Below are positions 37,018-49,800 of a stretch of DNA of 64,000 nucleotides, in pieces (positions within the stretch are counted from its first letter, which is position 1; each line of letters begins with the position of its first letter). The position numbers were made by a program, and so were the translations under genes. The notes under the pieces are model-generated. The model was not told where the DNA came from, ran no database searches, and was given only the letters and a program-made list of their open reading frames with translations. Origin of the DNA: Entomortierella parvispora E1425 (taxonomy: Eukaryota > Fungi > Mortierellomycota); contig BQFW01000007.1 of assembly GCA_020891255.1 (NCBI GenBank), forward strand, positions 2,886,984 through 2,950,983. The letters run 5' to 3'.

Positions 37018-38373
37018 ATGGATCCCCACACCACCACGGCGGCGACCAAGCCCAAGCCGAAAACCACGGATCCTGCTACCAAGGCTCCCACCAAAGCGCC
37101 ACCCGCGCACACTACTGTTCCAGCCGGGGGTTCAAAAGCATCCGATGTGCCTGGGGCGACAGAAACAATCTCTCCCAGTGCGGCACCCTCTCCAGCACAC
37201 AAGAGCACCTCCTCTGGTGGACTCTCCACACCAGCCATTGCGGGTATTGCTGCCGCTGGAGGACTTATCATTCTCTTTATTATCTCTGTCCTCATATGCA
37301 AGCGACGCCGAGCTCAACGGTACGCAAGACGTGACCACAACAAGCATGACCCCAGCCGCGACCCTATCAACCCCAACGACGTTCTCCCCCCACTTCCTGC
37401 CGAGCGCAAGTTTGAGTCGATTCCTCTGGACGAGTCCTTTAATGCATATCCATTGGCTGCAAGGTTCGGAGGCGACAATGACAATGGAAATAGAAGCAGA
37501 GAGGGACCTCTGCGTCCCTCACCCAGCCAACAAGCACTGCACCAGGATTACCCTGACTATGAGGAGCACATTCAATCACGCTTTGAGAGCTCTGACAGGA
37601 ACGCACATCCAGGCCAAATTGAGACCCAAGGTGGTAGTGGCAATGGTGGTGTAGGCAGTGTTACCTCCCCTACTCTGTCCAACACCTCAATGGAGAAGAG
37701 CCGGATTCATGGAGGGGCGGTTGCACCCATGAGTCCATCGCAGCGCGCACAGCGTCACTCAGGAAACACACCTCGCTCCCCTCGCTCGCCTCGTTCGCAG
37801 CCCGATACGGTGGTCAACGACATGGGCAATCAATTTGTGATTCAGTCTTCAAACAGCAACCCAGGTAGCCACCGACCCAGTGTTGATCAGGATGGTTCTG
37901 TTGTAGGCTCTGACCAGGGATACCGCAGCAGGCCAACTCCAAGAAACCAGGATCCCAACGGAGGTCGAAGAGGTCCTGGCAATAACGAGGGCCCTGGATA
38001 TGGACATGGACCTGGGCCCTATGCTGGTAGCCCCCCCGTGGGGCCTTTGCGCGGAGGACCAGGTAGCCCCCCTGTGGGGCCCCTGCGCGGAGGACCAGGT
38101 AGCTCTGGGTCACCTGTCAGTCAGCACAGCCAACAACAACCATACCCACAGCAACCGTACCCACAACAACCTTACCCTCAGCAGCAGCAACCTTACCCTC
38201 AGCAGCAGCAGCCTTACCAGCAACAGCAACCTAGACCATTCACTCCACAAAACCAGCCACCGCAACAGCCCTTCATGTACCCTCCCCAGCAGCAGCAGCA
38301 ACAACAACAGGGCAATTCTGGCAACCCACGTCGCGACAATGGCCCAGGAAACCAACCCAGGACACAATACTAG
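37018..38373 (+). CDS. Single-pass membrane protein with T/P-rich N-terminus and long disordered P/Q-rich tail (N-terminal exon possibly missed)
   Basis: TM AIAGIAAAGGLIILFIISVLIC followed by KRRR; tail has GSPPVGPLRGGP x2 and QQPYP repeats. Confidence 0.75.
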   Translation: MDPHTTTAATKPKPKTTDPATKAPTKAPPAHTTVPAGGSKASDVPGATETISPSAAPSPAHKSTSSGGLSTPAIAGIAAAGGLIILFIISVLICKRRRAQRYARRDHNKHDPSRDPINPNDVLPPLPAERKFESIPLDESFNAYPLAARFGGDNDNGNRSREGPLRPSPSQQALHQDYPDYEEHIQSRFESSDRNAHPGQIETQGGSGNGGVGSVTSPTLSNTSMEKSRIHGGAVAPMSPSQRAQRHSGNTPRSPRSPRSQPDTVVNDMGNQFVIQSSNSNPGSHRPSVDQDGSVVGSDQGYRSRPTPRNQDPNGGRRGPGNNEGPGYGHGPGPYAGSPPVGPLRGGPGSPPVGPLRGGPGSSGSPVSQHSQQQPYPQQPYPQQPYPQQQQPYPQQQQPYQQQQPRPFTPQNQPPQQPFMYPPQQQQQQQQGNSGNPRRDNGPGNQPRTQY

Positions 38374-39226
38374 TTCGCCAAAACACCCCAAATAATACAT
38401 CACGTGCTTCTCTGCGGCCCGTCGCTGACGCCACTACTTTTTTTGTGAGGGAGAAGGTGACATGGGTATGTTTGGAAGGGGCAGAAATGGAGAGGGCGGC
38501 AGCAATGCGTGAGATGGTGCGTCCCTTGCTGGTCCCCATGTGACTGAGTAGAGGCGGGGCAGGACTGGAGTGTGTGGAAGAGCAGCCATGGTCGTCAGAT
38601 GGCGGTCGGTTCCCTTGACCCTTGGTGGCGCAACGCCAGCCAGACGTCTTTGTGTGCCTCACACACATACACACACAGAGAGAGAGACAACACCCCCCTG
38701 CCCAGTTCTCTGTCTCTCTTCTTGACTCTTTTCCCCTCTTCCCTCCCTTCCTCGATCCATCATCCATCCATCCATCCATCCATCCATCACTCTCCTCTCC
38801 ACCATCCTCTGTCCTGGTCCCGCGCTCAACCCCGAGTGATCGTGCCGTCCATCCCCGCAGAAAGCTCCATCGCGTCCCACCCCTGTCGCCACCGCCACCA
38901 AAACGCAGAAAAAAAAAAGTCATTTCCTCCACCCGCCACCAACAAGAAAGCGCGCCTCCAAATCTTGCATTTGTCTCCTTTTCCTCGCTCCTCATTTCAC
39001 CAATTACACCAACCTCAGTCAGACCTTGCACCTTCCGCTCGATCACAGCCGCTACTGCCATTCTTCACCACAGGTAAATGATGGCTACCTTGCACTTCCT
39101 ACTGCTTTCTGCCGTGATTTCCTCTATTGCGTGTCATCTTCCTCGCAGGGGTGTTTTGACTCCATTCCGTCAGCAGCCGTGCTCATTATTGCCACGTTTG
39201 AACTTGCTGTAATGAAGTAGAGAACC

Positions 39227-40552
39227 ATGACCAGCGCACCCGAAGAGTTGAAGGACCTCAGCCCAGCGTCAGTGGCTATGTCCCAACCTATGGAAGTGGA
39301 CGTGCCTGCAGTTGCGCCACAAGACGAAACTCACCTTGCTGGAGATATTTTACTCGCGGATATGTCGACGACGGAGGAAAAGCCTGAGGTCGGGACTGCG
39401 ATGCTCGTAAACGATCAGACTCCTGGACAACAAGCAGTTGAGCTGGCCAAGGAGCTCCAAGCCCAAGATTATCCTCATGGGTACGATCAAAAGTACGAGC
39501 ATGGTCACCATGATCAATCGTACGATCAGGAATACGCCCAGGGGCAGGGACAGGACTATGACAACCAGACTTATGCTCAAGGTGAATATGCCCAGGGTCA
39601 CGAGTATGTTCCCGGTACCGAGCACGGTCACCATCAAGCGTACGAGGGCCAAGAATATGCGGAAGGCCATTATGACGGATCTGCCCAGGCTCAGGAGGGA
39701 TGGCAGCACGATGGCACTGGCGACAACTCTGCTTACCACGAGAAGAACGAACCAGTTCGCCGACTCTCCTTCCAGCATCACGCAGATTCAAGCTCTACTG
39801 AGGACCGTCCCTCGGTCAAGAGGAATGCATCCAACGATGGAATGCCTGCACCCGCACGTCGCGCAAGTAATGCCAGAACCAAGGTCGAAGCTGAGAAAGA
39901 GTCGTCACTTGACCCTTCCTCTGCTTCAAATGTGGCAAAAGCGAACAGAGCAAAACGCGACATTACGAAGAAGGTGCCCAAGGTGTATCCCCCACGCAAG
40001 CCCAGAGTCCGGTCTGCTCCTGCTGAGGCAGAGATGACTCTTCGAACTGACTCTGCACTGTCAACGCTTGCCAGTGCGGCTGTGGCCATCAAGAATCACC
40101 AGGGCGACATTTCGACCCTCTCAGTTCCACCACTCTCGCCCAGCGTACATGATGCACAGCAGGCAACAGCATCGCCATCGCAGGAGCCTCCAGTGTCCCC
40201 CAAGCCCCCATCTGATCAAGGGGCCGAGGATGAGTCGGCAGCATCAGCAGCATCAGCAGCGTCGACAGGACGGCCCGTTAACCCTGCCGTCCTTCAGGAC
40301 AATGCAGGATATCGTTGTGAACTTTGTCCTGGCGAACGGTTCGGCCGTGTGCATGACTTGAAGCGCCATCAGACTTCAAAACACAACGAGATGACCTGGC
40401 CCTGCGACTTTTGCCATAGGCCATTTGTGAGGCGGGATGCTCTGCTGAGACATTATTCAGTAAAGGCGAACCGGAAAGATGGCGTCCACCCCACAACCGA
40501 CGACATGAATCGACTGCAGGAGGCCAAAGCTCGCGCCAAACTTGTGTCGTAG
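39227..40552 (+). CDS. C2H2 zinc-finger transcription factor
   Basis: YRCELCPGERFGRVHDLKRHQTSKH and WPCDFCHRPFVRRDALLRH near the C-terminus. Confidence 0.88.
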   Translation: MTSAPEELKDLSPASVAMSQPMEVDVPAVAPQDETHLAGDILLADMSTTEEKPEVGTAMLVNDQTPGQQAVELAKELQAQDYPHGYDQKYEHGHHDQSYDQEYAQGQGQDYDNQTYAQGEYAQGHEYVPGTEHGHHQAYEGQEYAEGHYDGSAQAQEGWQHDGTGDNSAYHEKNEPVRRLSFQHHADSSSTEDRPSVKRNASNDGMPAPARRASNARTKVEAEKESSLDPSSASNVAKANRAKRDITKKVPKVYPPRKPRVRSAPAEAEMTLRTDSALSTLASAAVAIKNHQGDISTLSVPPLSPSVHDAQQATASPSQEPPVSPKPPSDQGAEDESAASAASAASTGRPVNPAVLQDNAGYRCELCPGERFGRVHDLKRHQTSKHNEMTWPCDFCHRPFVRRDALLRHYSVKANRKDGVHPTTDDMNRLQEAKARAKLVS

Positions 40553-42172
40553 AGGATATCAACCTGGACAAAGACCTGAATGCCCCGTCCATGTGCTGTT
40601 CTCACCCAGCCCTCCAAAGTAGTTATTTATGAATGTTGCCCAATAAATGAAAGCAGTGACTGCTCACTATCAAAAGATTGTTTTTTTGCATCTGGACCCG
40701 CTCTTTCTTCTTTCTTTCTTTCCCCCTCTTGCATCAACGACAAGGACTTTGACGGTCAAGACCAGGAATTCTCGACAGGTGGCACCGGGATCAGACCTAC
40801 GAACAAAAACAATTATTTTTGGGACAAAATCTCCAGATCTCCATATGGGTGTTTTATCATATTTTTTTCCAGAAAAAGTTGTGCCCCGTGTGCCCAAGGA
40901 CACCTGTTATCACATTGTAGGCCTTCCGTCTTGTGTTTTCTGCATTTGTAGCTATTGAACTTGAGGCTGACTGCTCAGCAAACATTGTAGGAAGGTTTCC
41001 TGAGTTGCTTCTATTTCCATGAGGCAATGGCACTGGTTGAACGGTTGGACACCACTTCTAGTCGGAGTACAATTCAGGTAGAGGTCACGGCACATACCCG
41101 CAAGGAATGGCAGGATCGTATACTGGAGCTGTCAAAGGTAGAGATCAGTGGCATAGGTATTCTCCGTGTCTTCCCGATCCCTTTGAATTTCTGCTGATAG
41201 GACTCTCTCCTCTCTTCTCTTTGGCGTTCCCAACTTTCTTTCCCTATTTTTGTCTTGGCTTTCCTGCGCCCCCTTTTTTCATCACTAGGAAATCCCTGGA
41301 GCCCAGGATCATCGCACGAGTCCCGTAGTCTGGGAGGGATGTACAGGAAAACCTCTCAGGTTTATTGGTGGCTACGACAATTTCCTGCATCACACCAGAG
41401 AAAAACATAAGGTCGGGGAGACCAGAGCTGTGTAGGGAGTGCTCCTCTTCTATTAAAATCAACCGCTCTCTCTTCATTCGCCTCAGCTACAATAGAACGC
41501 TTGCTATGATGATGAATGAACTTGACAGCATGTGCATGGGGACATGCGGAACGCATAAGATTTATTTTTGGTGGCAATTGACATGCATTTTAAGGGGCAG
41601 CCGTTGGTCATTGCCCTGGTTCCTGATTTCTCTTTAGCGCGAAGCCTTCTGCCTCCCCGTCCCTCACTGAAGAAAGAATGACGGAGACACTTTGAAGATG
41701 TCAGATCATTGTTTATCCGAGCACTAGAATGACGAACATCCTCAGCGGCGCCTATCTGTGACAGTTGCTGCAGGCACCCGTCTCCCCCTTCGCTGGACAG
41801 GGCCGCTTAGCAACTATATCAAACATCCAGGGGATGGGCGACAGAGAGAGAGGTATTTTCAGAGATATCAAAACGCTCAGTTTGCACGTCGGCTCTTCGC
41901 TTCTTTTTTTGGGCACTCTGGGTAGTGACATCCCCGTGGCCCTTCACTTCTTCTTTTGGCACGCTGAGCATGGTCCCAGCAGTGGAGGAGCCCTTTCTTG
42001 CTCGGTATTTTATAAAAGGCGCACTGGCCCTCCTTGGCCCCAACCCTCACCCAACTTCGCATGCCCCATCCCCCAGCAAGAACCATCACTCACACACGCC
42101 CCTCTTGAACACTCTACTCTGTGAACTCGAAAACACAATATACTGCAGCAAATCCCTCTCTTTCCTACGAAA

Positions 42173-42999
42173 ATGAAAGCTGCTTTCGCCGTTTCCTGCA
42201 TGCTACTGCTCCTCGCCCGGGAGGCCGCAGCGCACATGGCACTCCTTTACCCGATGCCTCGTGGAGGAGTTGCCACAAAGCAATTTGATGGACAAGTCCA
42301 TACCTGGATCGGCTTCAACGAAAAACGCGTCTTGCCTTGCAACGGCTACGGCCCTGGTCCCGTTACAGACTTGAAAGCCGGTCAAGTCGTCAACGTAAGT
42401 CCATGATTCTCTGTTCCCTCCTCCTCTCTCATGAGTTTATTTGCGCGCCTTCTCACCTCTTTTGTCCATTGTTGCCCTCACCATCACCACCACATAAAAA
42501 AAAAAAAAAAAAACAGGTGCGATTCTGGGGCCCTGCTTTGCCAGATGCCGATCGCGACAAACTTCCCCCTCAGCCCAAGGATGGACAACCACAACTGAAC
42601 CAAGCAAGACACGGAGGAGGCACATGTCAATTTTCGTTGTCGACAGATGGTGGCAAGACCTTCCATCTGATCGGTCAATACACAAACTCCTGCCCCGATT
42701 TTTACTATGAATGGCCTGTCAAGATCCCCGACAATGTCCCTTCTTGCACCACGGCCAACAAGTGCCTCTTTGTTTGGTCCTGGACTGCCCATTTGTCTGA
42801 CCAGTTCTACCAGAATTGCGCAGATGTTTCGATCCAGGGTGAAGCCAATGGTGTGTATCCCAAAGCGGGCATTGATATTGTTGACGTCAAAGGTTACAAG
42901 TCAAGTGTCGCGGCTCCGGGCGATGCCGCTGGAGATAAAGAAGGCAAAGGCCCCCTTCCTGCAGAGGTGAAGAGTAATTTGAATGGTTCTTGGAAGTAA
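42173..42999 (+). CDS. Secreted lytic polysaccharide monooxygenase-like protein (AA11-like)
   Basis: Signal peptide MKAAFAVSCMLLLLAREAAA followed by His (HMALLYP), ARHGGGTCQFSLS, SCP, FVWSW, FYQNCADV; intron 42395-42516. Confidence 0.8.
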
Positions 43000-43099
43000 G
43001 AGGTTCGTATTTATATTTGAAATAAAAAAAAAGAAGATTGACTACAACAACGCCAACGGGAAATGGAGTCGTTTCATTAGATTGCCCATCTGGCCGACT

Positions 43100-43873
43100 C
43101 TACGCGACCTTGGCTGTGCCCTTGACACAGACAAACGCGAGATTGTCATGAGTAAACTCGATGGAGAACTGAAGGCTCGTCTAATTGTGATGAGCAGATT
43201 ATAGAGTGCATGTGGTTAGCACCGCCTCACATACTATGACGTCCTAGCAGCGTACTAATGCAAAAAAAAAAAAAAAAAAAAAAAATGTAGACGGGGGACT
43301 TACTCCAGACTTGGGAACCTTGACCGCAGCCTTGGGCAGTTTGACGCACCCGGTGAATCCCTTCTTGTTGGCCTTCAAGTGTGGGCAATTGGCTTGCGAG
43401 GGACCCGAAGTCAAAGCCTTGCAGAGGGGCTCTTCTACTGTCCAGATGTAGTTCGCTAGTTGTATTGGACGACAAGAAATGTTACTTCAGCCCGTTCAGC
43501 ATTGTCCCAATCACTCTTCAGTGAATAACACGTTACTGGTATCACGGAACCCGATGGACACCTTTGAATTGCTAGGGAACTTGGTGCCTGCTTTTCCGAC
43601 CAAGTCGAAGCAGAAGGTCGATCCGGTCTTGACGGTGTTCGTGCCCTCAGACCCCTTCAAGGTACTGAAATCCTACAAAATGAAGAATGTGAATGTCGCA
43701 AGATATATAAAATCAGTCAGTATGGTCTTCATTTCCTGTGAGAAACACGCCACGATATTCAAATGTACATCCGGTACCTTATCAACAACGCAGTCGGTAA
43801 TTGCAGCTGCATTGACACAAGTGGCCGTGAATACGATCGCGGCAACGTTGGCGAGAATGGCGGTGAACTTCAT
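43100..43873 (-). CDS. Secreted ML-domain (NPC2/MD-2-like lipid-binding) protein
   Basis: Signal peptide MKFTAILANVAAIVFTATCVNA. The spliced model gives ITDC...FCFDLVG...EEPLCKAL...NCP...CVKLP...FVCVKGTAKV, a Cys spacing typical of ML domains. Confidence 0.6.
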
Positions 43874-44471
43874 GGCTCGAAAGTGCTTGAGAGAGGGGTA
43901 CAGCGAGAATGGGTGTTGCGTTGATGATCAAAGTGAAAAGTGAGTGGTCAAAGTCTCCACTTTGGCCATTCTTTTATACGTTCTATAGAAGCAGCAGCAC
44001 GCCGCGTTGTCTTTTCACTTTTTGCGTTTGCGTTGGACCATCATAAGTAGCTCTGAGCAGATGGACGGACATCCACAAATAAGGATAAAAATAGTCATTC
44101 ACATCACACAAACAACGGACTTGGGGCATTTCTTGACGCCGCAGTCCACACCCTTGAACAACAAACAACATCAGAAATAGGATAGGGGAGTACGTGGGCG
44201 TGGGTTCAAATTTGTTCCTTCAATTGGCCAATGCACGTATGGAGCGCGTTTGGTCCCTGCTGCTTCTCCACAATGTTTATTTAAAGCTCCTAAACTGCAC
44301 GCGTCGGATGGCTTGGAGAGTCTCATCTGTAGCTCGTCGTGCTGATGAACGAAAAGGCAGAAAAAAAAAAAAAAAAAGTTCTGCTCAAAACGAAACGATC
44401 AAGAGTGTTATTCAGCATGGAGTCATCCAGGGCTGTTTAAAGACTCATTAGATGGCAGGTCCAGAGCTACT

Positions 44472-46445
44472 CTATGGTGCTGCAAACAGTTCCGCAAACC
44501 AATCGAGACAAAGTACTCGCAAATGGCCTAGTCCATCGTCCACGAAATTGTACCCATACTCATTCGCAAGATCAACGTACGCGCAGCTCAACTGGTCCTC
44601 CCAACTCACTATCTCCACCTGCCAACCACGCTCGAGAGCTCGCTTGACTACAGCAGAAAAGCCTCCACCGCCGAACTCACTATCACCTCCATCCCCGCTT
44701 GCGAGGACCATGATTCCAGGAACCGGATAATCAATGATGGTCTCCATCATCTTCAAATGAATCATTTCATCCACGCCTTGTTCCCTTGTAGTGGATGTAG
44801 TCGAGATCAAAGGCACAACATGACTTTCAGAGTCTTTGCTTCCAGGCACTCCAGATGGATTCGGATTTCCCATAGACGATGATTCAGAGAAATCTCGTGC
44901 CTTGCATGGGACAGGAAGGGATCCAAGTTCTCCTTGTGCAAACTTTCGAACGCGCCGAAGAATGATCGTTTCATAGACGTGTGTGAGCGCCTCATCAAGC
45001 TCCTGATAGAGTGGAGCCGACCCAACTAAAACACGACGTTCCACCTCCCTTTGCCGCTGAAGGAAACGGAAGAAAGCATCGTAGTTGAACAGCGGTAGTC
45101 GATGTCGGCTAAGACCTTTGCTTTGATTTTGTCGAGGAGTAGGGGCATGTCGGAAAACAGCCTATGATGTTCAACAGTATAATAAGAATCTCTTCATGTA
45201 CGCGATAGGATCCACGTCAGAAAAAAAACCCCCATTTTGCTATATTCATACCTTCTCAGCTGATGTCATTTTTTGATAGTACTGGTAGTACCCAAACAAG
45301 ATGTTCGAATTATCTACAAATATGAAGACCTTTTTCGGCGGTTCAATTGCTTCCATGATTTGAGCTGTCGCCGTTGCTCGACCAAGACGCTTGGATGCGG
45401 GCTGTGAGTTGCGTTCTGAAGGCTGCATTTCCTTGCTTTGATCCTTGGCTGATTGAGAAGGCGCAGTAGACGCGACAGAATCCGTGGTAAATGTTGGTGT
45501 ATTCAACGCTTTGGCGAGAAGTGCTTGTCCTCTTGGATACAAAAAAGAGTCGCGTGTCCTCATCGCCAAGATTTTTTTTGTATGTGAAGGTGTCGTGTCC
45601 TCAGAATCGGTCGTGTCAACTGGGACGACTGCGCAATATTCAGATCCTGTATTCCAAAAGTTGTCGTAGTTACACCTCGGTCCTTCAGCAACAACGGCCT
45701 CGCTTCTTGGGAAAGCGCCTGACTTCACAGTGACCTTCACAGTGGGAATTGTGACCGAGGAGGCCGATGAGCCGAGTTGTTCTGACAGTGCCATACGCTT
45801 CATATCCCGAAGAGCTCTTCCTGCTGGTAAGGGCCAATATCGTTTTGGTCGACTGATTTCCATGGGTATAGCTACCTTTGTCTTGGAATCTGACTCTGAG
45901 GATGCGCTGCCAGCTGATGAGCTCGAGGGATCGTCAATTGAAAGCTGATGCTTTGGCGATGAAGATTTGGCGCGTTTCCTTGTTGTGGGCTCGATTTGAG
46001 GACGTTCGCAAACCGGCGCAGTTTGGGCAGGACTCTGAGTCTCTACTTCGTTTGGTGGTGTGTTTGCGGCTCTTTCAACATCGTTCGCAATATCAGGTGT
46101 GGGTATCGATAGTGTGGATGAAACGATTGCAGTGGTCAACATATTTGAAGGCAGTGTGTTTCCAGCGAGCTGTTCTTGTAGGCTAAGCTTGGAATTCAGA
46201 GACCGGAGACGTTCCGAGTTGAGATATTGCATGACATCAGAAAGATCCCCAAAGGCCGCCAAGGCGGCAGAGGTGTCGTACTGCTTGCGCAACGAACTTG
46301 ATGTATCCATATTCTGCTCACGTCTCTCGTCGGCGAGAAAGCCAAGAACCTGATCCAAGTCTCCGAGTAGACTGCCATCGGCCTCAGGTACAATTGCTTC
46401 CTGGTCAGGCATATTGCTTGCCTGTTGAGCACAGGAAGCAAGCAC
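44472..46445 (-). CDS. NYN/LabA-like PIN-fold nuclease domain protein with long disordered N-terminus
   Basis: VFIFVDNSNI, EQGVDE, VLASGDG, GWQVEIVSW motifs; one intron near 45250-45170. Confidence 0.75.
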
Positions 46446-46805
46446 AAAGGAGGAGAGAAAGGTTCTAGTTAATTCATGGATGGCAGTTCGACGCTTGAAA
46501 CTGTTTCAAGAGCCTTGGCGGGTTTAGAAAGTTACGTACCTCCGCCAAGTCAGACATGGTCAGCTTAGCTAATTCCTTGTAGTCGTGAGAGTAATGCGTA
46601 GCTGAGAAACGAAGGGAGGCTGCAACAGCGTGGTATTGTTATCGATGGTATAATGAATGAGGGAACAGAAGTGTGGAACCAAATGCGCATTTGTTCGCAT
46701 GCAGTTGACAGAGAGGACAACGGGGGAGGCATCACGTGGCTTGTGAAGCCGTGCCTGCCGCACCAGTATGCGACCTTGAAAAATCGATTTTATTAGAATG
46801 TCTTT

Positions 46806-49800
46806 CTAGAGCATGCCCGATTCCGTCAGCATACGAGCAATCTTCTCATCGCCACGCTCGCTAAAAGAGAAAGAAGGTGGATAGATTTAGTCATGAATCC
46901 TGTCCACACAATACTGCTCTACAAAAACAAAAAAAAAACAGTTCCGACATCCTTACCGAGGCTCCAGTGCTAAACTCATATCGTAGAGCTCGTTGACCGG
47001 CTTTGTGCATTCCATTCCCCGGCGAATGAACACCTGGATCTCGGGTACAGATGTGAGGCAGTAAGGTACTGACTGATATTGCTGGATATCCCGGATGACT
47101 TCTGCCGTCTTGACGCGCTTGTAAAAATTGATCAGATGGCCTGACTTCTTCAAGAAATCCTGGTTTCCATCCTGAATCATGACCAAATCCGTGAGATACA
47201 TGCCCACGAAAGGCACACAGGGTGGGTTAACAGAATGCAGAATTTCTCTGTACTCGGCCCAGTTCTTGTTCACACTCATCAGTCCTTGCAACTCCTCAAA
47301 TGAGGACATGGTTCGATGAGGCACCTGTTCCCATGTTCTCTTGAGGCGATGAATTGGTGACTGAGAGAGGGCAGCTACCGTGGCTGACAGCATGCTAAAG
47401 TTGTTCAGTTGTCGTAGTTTCTAGATAAATAGTAGTTGAAAGTCATTCGCCATTTAGCTTGAAAGGCAAAGGTATCGATTCCAAGGCCGGGCATATTAAT
47501 TTGACAGAAAATATTACCTCAGCAATGAGAACCAGTTGGCGGATGACGAGTACGCGCTTCTTCAATTCTTTCTCACTCAGCAGAAGTTCATTGATCCAAT
47601 TAGAGCACAAGTTACTGGTCTCGATCATCTTTTTGATGTTGACGGCCTTTGCCGCCATCTCGGGATCGTCGCTCATCCAGGCCTTGGCAAGACACTCCAC
47701 AGGTCGAATCTTATTGTATACCTGCGCCTCCATAATGGTGAGCTGGCGAGCAAACTCAAGAGGATCCAGTTCTAAAAACTTGATCTTTTTGAGGTTGCGT
47801 GGTGTAATAGGTGGCGGTGCCTGTGTCGTCAAATTGAGGACCATCTTGCGGAATGCGCCTTCGGATTGTTCCCGCTTTTCCACAAGTTTGATCAGCTGCA
47901 CAGCGGCAAAGCTCATGGTATCCTTCATGGCCGCTGATCCCGAGAACTCCTTGATCATAGCCAATGCATTCCTGTCGTCGGTCTCATCCTCCAGGTAAAA
48001 GTTTTCCAACCATGATTTGATAATGTTGAAAACACGAAGTCGAATTGGCGTCAGCTTCTTTTCAGTCCAAATCTCGAGTTCTTCAGGGTCCAGACCCATG
48101 GGTGGTTGAATGGTGAAGCGATGGAAGAGATATGTAAACAACTCGCCAGTTGTCGTAAACGACCTGTACGTCAGCAAGAAGGTGGCGATAAAGTTGGAGT
48201 CCAATCCATCGTGGAGCGTGAGGCGCTCGATCAAGGCAGGGAGCGTACCACCTTTCACTTGACCATCCACGTTCAAAATCAGTTCATTTTGTTGGTAGTC
48301 GTAGTTCAAGAACCAAGGCTGAGCAGCAGAACGTCCAGGAGCATCGTCGCCAAGCACCTTCTTGACTTTTTCGCCTCGATTATCATATCGTCCAGGCGCA
48401 GCGCTGTTAGCCGGGACTGAAAATGCGGAATCTGTCGGAGAAGTGGGAGTTGGAAAGGGCAGCCCTCCCAGAGAGCCTCTGGCAATCTGGTCCAATCCCG
48501 GTATCTGTGAGCCGCCAGAGTAATTAGAGAGACCAGAGATGATCGAAGGCTGAGAGTCTGAGCGACTGCGCTGGCTCGAAGGTGCTTGCTGGCGTGGTAC
48601 CAAATCTGGTTCAATGTCAGAGTCGTTGTCGTGATTATAGATCGTTTCCGACACTTGAACGAGTGAGGGTCGTCTACCATTATTGTGTTGTCCCATTTGC
48701 AGGCGTGTGGCTGACCCCGTTGCCTCCGCCACATCCTTCTCCTGAATAAGTGCTCGCGTTGTCTGGACAAGCGATTCCGTACACTGCTCAGTGCTCAAGG
48801 TGGTGCTCAGGGCTAAATCCAATGCATGACTCACGGCCAAGAGATCGGTTGCAGACTGAACTGCCATGACAAGCGATGCTGTACTTCCATGAAGCGCCTG
48901 TTTCGCCGATTTCACGTCGGAAAAGTATCTCTCTGGGATCGTCGGTTGCTCAGCCATTGTAGTCGCCCCAAAGTCGGTGACCAACGTAAGCAAAGAGCCG
49001 ATCTGGGAAATCGTCTGGCGCGCTTGCGTGACCAGTTGAGCCGATTGGGACGAGTTGATGATTGGGTTGGTCGTGGACAAGCCTACAGGGCCGTTACTGC
49101 GGGGCTGCGGGGCCGGATTCTCGATGAGCTTTTCGATTTGCATGGCAAGGACATTGAGGGCTTTGGTGGCACTCTTGGAGTAGTAGTCCAGCTGGCTGAG
49201 AATACTTTGGCTACTCATTTGCGAGCCAAACACTTTGCGATCCGTGGGACTCCGATCGCCTCTGACTGAACCTGAGGACACACTCTGACCAAAGGCGCTA
49301 TCAGACCTCGCCTTTAGTGGACTCTTCACATCCGTGACTAACCGGGCATCGACTTGATGGACAGTGATATTGGCTGCTACCGCTGTCGAAACGTAGTTTT
49401 GAGCTGCGGCGCCAACCTCGCGTGCATCTGCCTGTAGCTTTAGCACGGCATCTGAAGCTGGCCATACACCGGAGGCAAGCTTGGCAGACAGGACCAGCTT
49501 TGATAGAGCCGCCATAATTTGTCGGTGGTGCATTTTGAGCCCACGGTGTTGGCGCATGATGGCAGCATCCTTGTCGACAGTGCCGGATGCGTAGAGCATG
49601 ACACGAATGGCCTCCACGACAATGGACGACTGGACCAAATAGTAGGGCTTGTGGCCGTTTTCTGCCGAGGATAAGAGACTTTCAACAGCAGCAGTGGTAT
49701 GCTCGGAAAGTGATTCCCAGGTCGGCTCGGGGTCGAATGGATTGGGCAAGAGAGGCAGAGGTGGCAATCCTTCAACGGAAGGCATCTCTGGAGATATTCC

